Shown one piece after another: positions 36,401 to 44,500 of a DNA stretch of 64,000 nt; within the stretch, counting starts at the first letter, position 1; each line of letters opens with the position of its first letter. Below the pieces are notes generated by a model that was not told the DNA's origin, made no database searches, and saw only the letters and a program-made list of their open reading frames with translations. Origin of the DNA: Amoebophrya sp. A120 (lineage: Eukaryota > Protista > Dinoflagellata); contig CAJINV010000010.1 in assembly GCA_905178155.1 (NCBI GenBank), positions 885,092-949,091 of the forward strand, in the 5' to 3' direction. The position numbers and the translations under genes are program-made.

Positions 36401-38814
36401 TTTTTCCTCAGGATAGATATCCCAGCGTGTCCAAACGCCCGCACCTCCCCAGACTTGTCGTCGACAAAGTTGCATGCTCAGGGGGATGCTTGGGAAAAAT
36501 CTGTCGTGCGCCGATCAGGGCGATACCGATAGTGCGGATTTATGACACGGCATCTGGACGAGCTCGAGCTAGACACGATGGTGCTGCATACCATCTGAAG
36601 TACTTACTGAGGGCTTTGCTGTGAAAAGTGTTCTGCTATTCATTTAGACGGTAAAAGTGGGGATTCGCCTGCTCCGTCCAAGATACCATTACCAAAAAAC
36701 GAAAAAAGAATTGCTACACACGTAGCGAGCCTAGAATTGTAGCATTGCCCTCTACAACCAGAAAAAGAAGAAAAGTAGACCTGCTACACTCTAGGTCAAG
36801 AAGGTTAGCATGCTGCTGTCGCGCAAGCGCATGACATCAAGTTTGGGTACGCACTACTTTCGTGGTTTTTTACAGAAGTCGCTTCGGAACTCGACCTCCG
36901 CAATATGATCCCGATTACAGCACGACGGACTTATTTTCCCAACGACTTCTAGAGAATGCTTTTCAGCACGGGAGTGCAAGAGCCCCCGAGACGACCCATT
37001 TTGGGCAAGCTGCAGATCTTTTGTGCGACAAGTTTGGGGTCGTGGGGGGGGGGCTTTTCCTCCGGATACGTGCAGCCGTTTTCGACGTCGCAGCGGCACA
37101 TCCAAACGCTCATTCACAACAACGCGGTTTTCGACCCGGCACACTTTGTCAAACACTTGCGATTGTGTCTTTCGCGCTTTGAGTCTCTGGGAATCGAGCA
37201 TCGGGATATCAAGCCGCAAAACATGGGGATGTCGCTCACTGGAGTTCCGCAGCCCCTGATTTTCGATTTCGGTTTCAGCGAGATCCTCTCGTGGATGGTA
37301 AATCCCAGTGACGGGCGGACGACGACGACAGCGGTTCTGCGCGAATCGCTGAAGCTCGGCGGGACTGTGGGTTTCAGAGACCTGGGGAAGAACCTTGTTC
37401 GGCGGGAATGGGCGCGCCAAACAGCCTTGAGGAATGGGCGGCACCACCCGCTCATGGACTTGTTCGGATTCAGCTTCACTGTCTTCCGACTTTTTATGGT
37501 TGTGTCAGAGTCGAAATCGACAAAGTTGAAATTAATAATTTGTCATGCATAAAATGGGTGCTAGTTGGAACCCAGTTTCCAAGTGGTGCATGACAAATTT
37601 CTGTGGTCCCTAAATCCAGTTTGTCATGCTGTTTAGGCAAAGAAGAGCGATTTTCTCATGCTACTTTAGCAGCTCGAGCTGTAACCCCAAACAGGCCCAC
37701 AGACGGCCTCACTTTCCTGCTCTGCAACGCACGTTCCTCGGATCATGCATTTTATGCATTACAAATTATTTCAACTTTGACGATTTCAATCCTGACGCTT
37801 CCATACTTTTTTCCTCCGACGAAGGGAGCCTTTTCCTGGACTGCTACGCCGCGGTGATGGATCCGAGGGGCAGCTACGGGTGTCCTGCGGGGCGCAACCC
37901 CCTCGGGACTAAAAATCGACTGCGACGGACCATGAACCGTGCCAAGAACCGCGTTTCGGCTGATCCTGCTTTGCCCATTCTCTTCGACGTCGGGGAGGTT
38001 GTTCGCAACCGGAATTTGGCGTCGCGGACGGCCGGGACGGTTGAGAGGAACGAAAACACATTTGCCAACGAGCGCGGCATCATGGTCAGTGGAGACGTGT
38101 TTGCGCTTCGGGTTTCCCAGTTGGGCAAGTACAAGTACATGGAAAGAATGGACGTCGCAGAAAAAGTGAAGGAAATCATGATGACCGTTTTTTCTCCGCT
38201 GCTCTTCTCGGACTGGCGGTTGCGTGCCCCACGTCCAACGGATGTTACGACGCTCCCTGCCTGCCCTGAGGATTTCACGCGTGCGGAGTCCTCCCGTACG
38301 GGGCCCTACAGCAGCGTGCAGGCTCTGCCCTACGACCCGCGACTGCAGGCAATGGAGCTTACCAACGAAGAAGAGATCACCCGGGAGGAGCAGCTAGGGA
38401 AGCTGTTTGGGAAAGTTTGCAGAGCAGTCGCTCATGCGGGACTGCTGCCGGAGCTGGACGTCGCCCGGGAGGCTTGGGAGCAGGCCCCTCTCAGCACTGC
38501 AGGCTACCTTTACTACCATATGCAGCGCAGATATGTGTCTGGGTCTGGAACAAGCTTGTGAGGATGCATGACAAGAAGTCCGCAACGCGTTCTGACTTTC
38601 CTAAGAACACATGTCGGGGCGCATTACAAAAACAAATTCTGTTTTGCCTGACAGGAAGAGGACGGGGCGCTTTCTGCGCTCCTCCAACGCGGATTCTGGT
38701 AGTTCTCCCAAACTGCAACGCATGAAGGTGTGCCCCCTCCTGCGTGCGTACTACACGCGCCACTTTTCCAGACCGAGGCATTATATTTGCGGTGGATAGG
38801 CCCTGGCTTTCCGT
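21445..38814 (+). CDS. Ser/Thr protein kinase with N-terminal signal-peptide-like segment; one intron holds the copia element; 3' end uncertain (38814 or up to about 39159)
   Basis: Spliced frame gives a hydrophobic leader (AACCLLLYFGA), GSGSYGKV and YAMK (23360-23430), MCMMMERV, HRDIKPQN, DFG and GGTVGF (37069-37494). Confidence 0.75.
21517..21750. mobile_element. TIR intron, family B-like
   Basis: TIRs; flanks unrelated (GAGCC/TAATT) but element plus 5 nt restores frame. Confidence 0.75.
22385..23346. mobile_element. Long composite TIR intron
   Basis: GAAAAAAGTAGCATA / TATGCTAGCTTTTTC ends; removal plus 5 nt joins PQA to TTAGSGSYGK. Confidence 0.65.
22461..23165. repeat. GC-rich multi-hairpin insert inside a TIR intron (edges approximate)
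   Basis: Hairpins such as GGCGGCCGC-GAAA-GCGGCCGCC and GGGCGCC...GGCGCCC; composition unlike flanks. Confidence 0.5.
23609..23831. mobile_element. TIR intron, family E
   Basis: Imperfect TIRs; flanks ACAAG/ACGAG. Confidence 0.75.
24091..24555 (+). repeat. 5' LTR
   Basis: TGTGAATATC...CTAAAAGACA; appears identical to 35535-35999 (overlapping ORF translations are identical). Confidence 0.95.
24557..24567 (+). promoter_or_regulatory. Primer binding site, probably initiator tRNA-Met
   Basis: TGGTAGCGGAA starts 1 nt after the 5' LTR; TGGTAGC fits the 3' end of eukaryotic initiator tRNA. Cognate tRNA not in window. Confidence 0.6.
24584..28039 (+). CDS. gag: Retrotransposon ORF1 (Gag-like; first ATG near 24653)
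   Basis: 1151-codon ORF with coiled-coil and Gly-rich regions, CCHC knuckle CRNCLSTKHRAEDC and a degenerate second knuckle. Confidence 0.85.
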   Translation: MYHKRSSTSSTEPNEKNSEATEIMVTSSDESMNGGSPADQAMLASEPGSAPAASSPGPANEDENSASGSSSSAVSHTSWQMVRVQNIPPPPPGIPPEIRNNNSKGKNYQWQPNAQQGLRAQKRSRTDEQLTPYQQHHQVGKHGKGNAQYQNKGKSGYTDRELIEATGTVMKGRTNMLAGAAMQQQGEIDQIIDAGTQLNHQQQQQGSTINNIISAGTDLNQRQSEMEKVTEMIAAMQKKQEETIAANNQNLLRDGSTISVAFQKVHDGFSEMSEKFKDQLENQQNSLTKTFNELELRVATEVGNMRQEQRLFRESIGKEVSDIKEKAAEQSENLLSKTNIVEGRPVDEEVVTMEELQEIHLDFKKQLRQELDEEMQKKIAGIENEAKIARKFAEDKLKEQIRESRSSNNLHRIEEENHWESSEAAEYLNEMVDKIRNIDNRLSGTQNGFKNKNPEGFEKASARKDAERLMPKMVKAGLLGEKRDKNGIIYNSGYSNVDPAVLINKTSTSRRGSRETEQDLPHFVTGANRIPVNTTSTKLVSENLIKLEQSGEANPFLDRKFGISFGDDDDGDDDKKNYNNHRGNNNGRRIGGGGPGGGPSEGSGNGNGRGGGGHGGGDGDHGGSHGSNPGGGGGSWNSRGSGWGDPSGGSPSGGGGGGPGDDDFRGIMENDKFRFTRMQFESDYCIENGIRLDLGEAAPAHYVLIMKDRMVDFPPPTIESHSNLFSWFRAMESYLKKLTKESDGVRKLFPFEYESQFIEELIYKLDDEARKASKFARCMKEGMKANLRRWKMNRSKRETLTFRNLIEVMYSKYKAGFIKGKEENDRFYNFTMKKDESARECLQRYFQAADDVGVSLTMTTAMERKHTWQQFQRRVGKFWPRKITSDFMFDKEYRTPHVPHLEILLNYLEHKEEVDVLHYQADNTVEKELGLGDAAFPNQEGEPSEGGSDDDDDEDGDEAYAAKAGGDKNGFRFDPTKQDGKWPTNYKKSGKSWGSGKGNSNKNGQGMTRKRFGKTGMRAIRCRNCLSTKHRAEDCEYDTKVFSTCFSKTHMSKDCRFGAKDGIAKVMASKEFKSQGHAEKAAMILEELAKMGEDIDTVLLVCVNKSDEERSFVLNEDAASREKETCLCNCEVFAMGHDDDGETCFPAKEGF
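28003..34686 (+). CDS. pol: Retrotransposon Pol: protease, DUF4326-like domain, integrase, reverse transcriptase, RNase H
   Basis: VDNG protease-like motif; integrase D..D..E (VDTT, YADAG, LLERRF); copia RT motifs GDVPRAFL, SLYGLKEA, LHVDDLL; RNase H motifs PDASY, SSYAAEM, SDSKSA, NVSDVMTK. Confidence 0.92.
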   Translation, partial: WGNLLPGERGFLGWARNPGENSTNESKFTSSSQLREEKQTTNKFCIDNFAQTVLKRASFAASTEEPVQFEIIADGREILEQATNPDVIRARELSEFPQLSIADTAIISNESSSIMKEEESALFTTEVDTAQVDNGYNKRSYITEKTADHSETKAEKHGLAVPRVKCGQSAEGIGGSKKRILRRVVIPYKLVSVDDETYCLGFENSTVTDHGPNLAGLELQIKCFLSQRCIPGKPEAIVGHDGKIIVNFEGKNQIYMKIFNLNERDYDLLREVQKRVPQEDWCRPIFGTKIKLKPGETTTFDFDPMPLQHYEKLAKRSAVLQEAAGANEEEIVHRAVESNNDFEEEFAFSAAQLGREKLRAVENTEAEDEKLELPTLVNLRDHGCSWTNRTSIKEWENRDPRHCYIGRGSPFGNKFVVGIDGNRREVCEKYRKWLYESGMIAEARLVLPGKILGCWCWPKECHGQVIIDEMQPEQAGPTQHGGGSSSSVPPPFRLGDNAEDDGMWNVSVEEIRRPGDVGGYGVYRVLDYGQDKVPETPEFLRERVRLRRVIDVKKQERVVDDLRGDWTKQSFLDSRPAIPQGRERYVTTDFYFHIADDAATRRTAKEKSKSYQERGLLSNESHPTVKQFLGSIDYGAIGKGVMKSGAHQKNKPGEVLLKGKLQVPERLDKVKVYTCRAISDLPVPMRHAGKRVLVNEEEMIQKVINAHPELEFDVKQKRIRTGFHADLINAIPDDYIASLVGKMRKEPNKKLVLIDGSGLGFAVAVGERLRLAGHGSEAFHASAAKELYVLGYKLLSTGEAIRYSKEEQLRVDGAVSCLADIPEEERRKIRALQEILCLSGKIASEKACLEQCRNRMKSIPEEKLRELVMLLRRDSRANLHWGSKARSKSLDAYDYELASMSGGLSLVDTTFITEGDVIYTVIGIMSVPDKRSGSFVCGTKWKLSRMLQGAEVTDAEKEEICAGIMLQMRQGLGARLLAGKGSPSKEDVMRAMYYFLQQKLVRRKIYADAGLENLALEEWVALQKSGRTVTLLPTGTPVYLLERRFLTIKMLYKRLRRIPAFMHLPLEILLNEIHECLANLPSAGKGGRTSAMEFWGIEESSPEMVVHPDDAAVRGFEGDQSAYRINRLSEARTRIWSETLALLSDPSFINAVEKVLANCNARLRIEKDSNYDVGERANMWQPKAKADAVVTIVDREMTKGAGGYEFTVKGKSGFSKVNPNLISPIVHYDQYCDFLDHDHLPIKTEDYQQGGKLFLAQRKYEQDRAEYEAEFKNPLMTATHNGGAPEPFWSVPPPGGVRSKERKSALLQNEDEENFEQLQDAEGNLNLDKNDDVLEEDEEREEQDEQPNATADVEQPLATEMPEEPAGEDETSVSEFVHAANEKSENFVKNTAWSRVLETEPDLPEDASKEEVPADFKEQHQFLRFPGRKNRRAIGKVLDRTPAAVLKEGELVHQMLEHVLFQKYDGVRITPYSMELCDAFVEWEHRVGMPHPEIQSEHLMVWNKEKIRLVKTKEEYDKHGGGKVLRIVLWKLLPLESYEELGLVSIFDQRVARHVEVVRKISAALKFADCDHSFIESESGLGIPALLIKAHVKEWGGLFKQELIANYRPGMLCASERVLPSRALADLKLVSPFHFKVAVRLVPGGHKSSVSASAESPTIGEYDLNLMLNSLRYVRGKRVIKSGDVPRAFLRNLKFKPENRPRFCFPANTFSPDLLKTLRSEFGIGKESIFVMNISLYGLKEAALMWYRTISQFLESIGYRMSPDSPCVFVRGRSKVCLHVDDLLFGGEEEDWKLLARQLAERFELHTWNDAEAGLIYTGIHVLHRAEEQKVKTNMQHKIDELLEMDFQASPTEQLTPEFVTKLKGARGSLLFIARRHVECKFPTRSMALGADEAKTFEWITGTNGIIQRLKSDTRGIVFDLSYEKEVIVMLPDASYQHPTAKEEPDGANPCEEENDLDARPDFAFSNTELDQRRAVTEALSEGVMHADSLEQAMVMMQKSETERRKRKRYAAVVIPTNEEDKTTAAAIRLRPVLGHVLLSMSEADLDNYMRKQQSLKRVSTLKEYDGLERVKIRCTYIGSDTIFFSTAKASSYAAEMEAIAESFPILEMVLRKYFAWKISVRSFLLSDSKSAVTRILSKSVISTADADVFKPLARIKDAFFRSEWQIGSIADRANVSDVMTKTATGYKMQDFLEMLEGTLSIPLGQMFIYQRKYAWEKPLKQTEQEI
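28030..28036 (+). promoter_or_regulatory. Candidate -1 ribosomal frameshift heptamer G GGT TTC
   Basis: X XXY YYZ in the ORF1 frame immediately before TAG; the pol frame is open from 28003 and is the -1 frame. Confidence 0.65.
35535..35999 (+). repeat. 3' LTR
   Basis: Direct repeat of 24091-24555. Confidence 0.95.
36134..37068. mobile_element. Composite TIR intron (outer, decayed B-like)
   Basis: Flanks CGTGA/CGTGC; removal joins MERV to QPFSTS in frame. Confidence 0.65.
36137..36415. mobile_element. Family B element nested at the 5' end of 36134-37068
   Basis: TIRs; direct repeat GATAT. Confidence 0.85.
37495..37805. mobile_element. TIR intron, family G
   Basis: TIRs; direct repeat CTTTT; inverted relative to 19635 and 56005. 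Confidence 0.85.
38519..38798. mobile_element. TIR intron, family A (decayed)
   Basis: Imperfect TIRs; no direct repeat left. Confidence 0.7.
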
Positions 38815-41557
38815 AACTGCCTTGAGGACTCTGACGTGTTCTTTCAATACCGCATGATCCTTTCGAAGGGCTACGGACAACCAAAAATGGGTGCAGACCG
38901 GTGCTACGACATCAGCGACTACAATTGCGACCGTATCGAGAACCCTCCTCCACAAGTATTTGGTGATGACAGCACGAAAGTTCAAATTGCCTTTGAGATT
39001 TACGTTTATGTAGTATGTACTCCGTTTTGGTATATAATTTTCACGTTCGCGGCAAATGACTGTAAGTATTTCTTCTTGTTTGTTTTGTTTGTTTATTTGC
39101 ATTATCGACTAATTGAATTTTCAAACTCGCTGCAACGTATCGCATCTCTTTTTTCTTAATGTTCTAATACCGTCGGCGTTTTCGGAATCAATATCACTTT
39201 CGTTCGTTACGGCTTTATTGTTTTTGTCTAAGAAGCTCGCAGTACATAGTATTTCTATGCATTGTAAGTCTTTAATCTTCTGGGCCTGGAGGCACGGCAA
39301 CTGTGCGCACTCTGTGTCACACAGAATTTTCCATGCATGTGCAGGACAAGGTTGGTGCGCACTTTCCGTCGATACACAAGGAGCGGGATTCGCTCCATAC
39401 AAGAGGCGCATTTACTTGTAGAACCCGGCGCGGAAATATACGCAGGGGTCTGTTTATTTCGTATGGAATGCATATCGTCGGGCGGATATTAACGCACAAG
39501 AACCTGCTTGCCATCAGGCGTCTGTACCTGTAGTCGTCTTCCAGTCCCCGAGTCGTGATAGATTTGCAGTGGATAAGTACTTACTTTCTTCAGATTTACA
39601 ACAACTTATTGTATTTCCTATCTAGATGATCGCTTCAGCTTCTGCACTCAAAGCACTAGCTACAGTGATAACACCATTCTTTGAACCGAAAAAAAAACAC
39701 TGATTTTCCATGTATTGCGGCCGTCGTTTCCTTATCCTTTCCGTCGGCGAAATTTTGTCAGGAGATTTCATTACAATCCGATCATACTTTATTTGTCCTT
39801 AAATTTTGTAGGAGATTTCAGATCGAGATCGACAGAAGCTAGGCACAGGCTTGCTTTCTGTTTCATTATCTCCACACTTCACTACACGAGTAGGAGTAGA
39901 ACCCCGCTTCCATAATTTTCTTCATCTTCACTATGTGCAAATTATTTCCTATGCTTATCTCCTCGATCTGTGTTGGATGCCGGGAATCGCAAGAGCCTGG
40001 GATGTCTGGTTAACGATCTTGTTCTATGAGGGTTGAAGATCATGGGAAGGTTCTCGTCCGCGTGAACTGAAAACTACTCACGCATCAATTTCAGCATTGT
40101 ACTAGTGCACTGAGCAGGTAAAATCGTACTTCTTGTCGCATGATGGTGTGCAAGCACGCTACTCCTGCTGAGGACCTTCCAGCTATCATCATCGGCCCTT
40201 GTCCTGCACCAAATGACGGTTGCTTGATTGTTGGGCGAAAGTAGAACACGTGGCGATAACAGAAGTAGGGATGAAATTTGTTGGGGAAAAATAAATGGAA
40301 AATTTGTCTACTCGAATATGATCAATGAATAGTGACTACTTTCTTGCAGCTTCTCACCGCGGTCTTTAGACGCGCTGATGAGAACAACATCGGGCAACTA
40401 GGTCAACTTTTCTTGTTCGTTCCCTACGTGAAGAATGATCAAAAGTAGAAACTCGTCGTCGTCGCTTCTTCGGTAGAAGTGCCAGGTCGGAACAAGTACA
40501 ACTAAACTCGGTCGGGGTCGTCGTTTCTTTGCTCCCTTTCGCAGAAATTCTGTTACTACCAGGTCGGTAAAACAAGTTGGGTCGCCCCTGTTCGTTGTTT
40601 CTCACACGAGAATTTCTTCGTGCGGAGTCGTGCGGGTTAGCTACTTTACCGCGATTAGCGTAAGCGATCCGATCCACCGTGGAGGTGATCGACGTAGATG
40701 GGAATTCGTGGGATAGAAGCTCCTGAATGATCCTCTGACATGACGTCGCCGTTTCCTCGTTTTGTTTCCCTGTCGTCGCGGGAATGAAGTGTACTAGTTT
40801 TATTTCTCGTCTTTACGTTTTTCTTTCGCAAGCGCATAGCAGATTCACTTGCTGAATATATTATTTTCATCAAGATGAATTTTCTGATCGAACATGACAA
40901 GAAGTTTTTTTAAGGCGGAGCAGGGGGTTGGTTTTTTTCAAGGGCGTGAAGGGGACACATGACAGACGCAGATGACCTAGATTTTTAGTGGATCATGCGC
41001 TACTTCTTGTCCGTTCGTGAAGTGTTACCTATTTTTCCGCCGTCGCAGGCTGATTAAGTAGTGGAGGTAAGTACTTACTAGTGAGTTAAGGTTTATTTTG
41101 AAACCACGGAGCTATTTCACTACCTCAATGCCGAGCACCATTTCGAAGATCTAGTGATATCAAGTACAACAACCGTGGCTTTCTTGTTGTTCAGGACCTT
41201 CTACTTTTGTCGCACTTCGATGTCGATCATACGTAGAAGTGGTTCTTCATCCGCACATGTGGACTTGCACTGGTCGATGTCGCTTTAAAAAAGGAAAAGT
41301 GTCAAGAACGAAAAATCGCGCCGTCCAGAGGTCAGCATCCAAGTGCCAGGTGAAGAGAACCGCTAGCAATAAAGTGCCGATAGCCAATAGAATTGCTAAT
41401 CTGCGGTCCAGCTAGTGCTCCTCCACTTCCTCGCTTCCTCTTCCTCGTCCTGCCGGTCTTCAACTGCACGACGATTTGAAAGTTGTACGTACATCAAGCC
41501 GGTGAAGAGGACGACGCAAAGGGACGAAACTATCGGGGACAACAGCACGTCGCAATC

Positions 41558-44500
41558 ATGTCTCGCGAAGACCACGACGATTTGCCGGAGGACAGTAATC
41601 CGGATGAAGATGAGTTGAACAGTATCGTATTTAAAAACGTCCCCACCTCGTAGTCAATGATTGGGCATTAATCTGCAAGACAAATCAACAAGCTTTGGCT
41701 GTTGCGCATGACACGTTTGGGCCCGCAATGTAAAAAATCGCGCTTACCTAGGTAGTGCAGCAGCTGCGTCACAGATCTAGCCTCTCACGCTGATCCGAGC
41801 ATCACAAGTCTCAAAACAGCGGTAAAAAATGCCTGTCATGGGGCCCCGCATGACAAAAATTTTACGCATGCAGACTTGATGCATAAAACAACTCTGGGGC
41901 CGCGGTGGGGAAGCTTTCACTCAGGATAAAAGGCAACGGCGACGAGGCCTTAGACGAGGAGGATGCGCCGGAAGTATCAAAATGAAAAATCCCCCCTCCC
42001 CATATCAAAATGGAAATTTGTGATGCTGATTTGTGGCCACAAATCGTCTTTGTCTTGCTTCTAGGGTAATAGGAGCCATTTGGCTCATTTCAAAGCCAGT
42101 CTGTCATGCGCTTTTGACTCCTGCAAACTTGTTTGCCGTGCGTCATTGCTAGCCTTCTGCATACCCAAACAGGCTCAGCACATGCCACCAAGCACTCTCT
42201 GCAAGAGAAACCTGATTTGTGTACGCAAATCCAGCATCAGAAGCTTCGTTTTGATATGGGGAGGGGGCGTTTTTCCTCACAATAGGGAGGGGAGGAACAC
42301 AACGCCGCCACCGCAGCCGGCGGGAGCGAGGTGCAGGTACGGCCAAGAAAGAAAAACCTGTCGGCGGCGCAGTACCGCGAGAAACTGTTTGGGGACCAAA
42401 AAGTTTACGTGGTCATTGGCGACAAATTGCGGCATATGCATTGCAAATATGTCTGGGTCTGGAAGAATGCAACTTGTAATGCTTCTACCTTTGGACCCTA
42501 CAGAAAATCTGTATTGCATGAACAGCAAAAGAGGTGAAATTTGTGCTACGCGGAGACGGCATTTCTCATGCTGTATGAGCATCAGAAAGCCTTCGCAGAA
42601 TCTCTGATGCTAGGGCATGCATCATAGACCTCATGGGTCATGAAAATTCTGCATGACAAACTCCTGCATTCTTCCAGACCCAGACATATTTGCATTTGAT
42701 CCGGCAAGTCCGCCACGTGTTGGACTCCTGGGGTTGGGTAGAAAATCGTCCAACGAACCCGGTATCATTGGTTGCTTCACTAAAAAAATGCAGTAAGTAG
42801 GTATATCTCAGTAGGACTACAATTCAAATTCTATACTCAGCAGAGGATATTTTGTAGCTCGTATTCTTAAGTAATGCGCACGTCTCATCTCTCCTACCTT
42901 ATTCTCAGGATGACCGTCTGGTATTCGACCTGTGCTGGGCCGGGTATCCCACAGAAAAAAGCTGGCGGGGCATTACTATCTATTATATTCATGCGAAAAA
43001 AGAGGTCTACAGAGGATAGAAGAGAGGTGGCCGAGAGGTCAAAAAGAGGTGAAAAGAGGTCAAAAAGAGGTCGACAGAGGTGGAGAGGTGGCGCGGGAGG
43101 TCATTCGAGGGGGTGGCCGAGAGGTGGCGCGGGTATAGCCAGCCGAACCGTTCACCCTAAAGCCGCGCCTATGGGGGACGGAGGTGGCCGAGAGGTTCGG
43201 GAGAGGGTAAGCGAGAGGGGGACAGAGCTGCCGAGAGGTTGCGCGAATAAGGGCGAACCTCTCGCGCACCCTCTGGGCCACCTCTCGGCCACCTCTGTAG
43301 ACCTCTACCGGCGAGTATAGCCGGACTATTAGCAACACCTCTCGGGAGAGGTCAAAAAGAGGGTCTGCGAGAGGGGTAGAAAAACCCGAATCCGCCCGGC
43401 ACGAGGCTGATTCTTTTGTGGCCTTTTCATGCATAAGCTGGCCCGAACCGTCTCGCGCACCCTCTCGCGCACCCTCTCGCGCCACCCTCTCGCGCCACCC
43501 TCCCGCGCCGGGCGGCTTCTGTTCGCCCCCGGCGTCCTTTGCAGCTGCTCCCTGCGCAGAGCGCCCACAGGCGCGGGAAGCGCGCAAGTGGTCGTGCGGG
43601 TTGGCGCCGCGCAAACAGGCGGCAGGACTCCAGTATGCTTCATTATGCATATTAGGCCTGTGGCATTGTGGCCCGATCCGCAAATAGACCTGCCCCGCCC
43701 CAACAGCCTTGCGCCCCGGCATCAGCCGGGGCATGGCTGGTATTTGTAATGCAAAAGTGAACACATAGAAAAATCTGTCATGGGCGGCCTCATAGCATGC
43801 TGTTTAGGATACGCAATACAGATTTTTTTGTGTATTTATTTTTGCATTACAAATGTGACCTGCCAGCTTTTTCCTGTGGGACACCGGCCGGGCGTTGCGT
43901 GTGGACGGCATGTTTGGTTTCTTGCCCAACAGTCAGACCGTGAACCACTTCCGCGGCAGCGGGCAGTTTGACAGCAAGGCCGGCATGCTGCTTTCGCTGC
44001 GGAAGTGCCAGAAAGGGTGTCTTCACGAGTTTATCAAAAGAAAAGATTCCCCCTCCCCGTATCGAAAACGAAATTTGTGGTGCTGTATTTGAGTACATAA
44101 ATCGATTTGTAATTACACAAAATAGAACACACTTCAATCCCAAAATAAATCTCCTTTCTTTCTTTTTTCCTTGTTTCCTTTTTCTTTCCAATTCGCACGC
44201 AATAATTATCGCTACGGGCCTTGAGCGCTAGCCTAAACCGGAACCGAAGTCCCAGCCTATCGATATGCGACCCGATTGCCTGTCAGCGTCCAGAAAGGGT
44301 TCCACAGCGAGAAGGCCAAGAGCCGCAGTCGTGGCCTCGTTTGGAGGCAATTTGTCATGCTGCTTTCCACTTCCAGTTCCAGCTGCCTCCTGTCATGCTG
44401 AAGATGCAAGGCGGTCCCACGCCAGCCAGCACTACAGCCCGCATCTTTTCCCTTTTAGCATGACAAAGCTGATTTGTGGCCACGAATCTGCATCACAGAT

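Noticed and set aside
39160-41557. Short ORFs in intergenic regions (also 500-1300, 1840-3680, 59400-61280)
   Set aside because: Short, no motifs, composition typical of non-coding DNA; no tRNA or rRNA recognised.
42762-42912. GT-AG intron as a converted family B element (G-TATC...CTCAG-GATG)
   Set aside because: No clear TIR pairing, and the element-plus-5 rule differs from the in-frame GT-AG splice by 8 nt.
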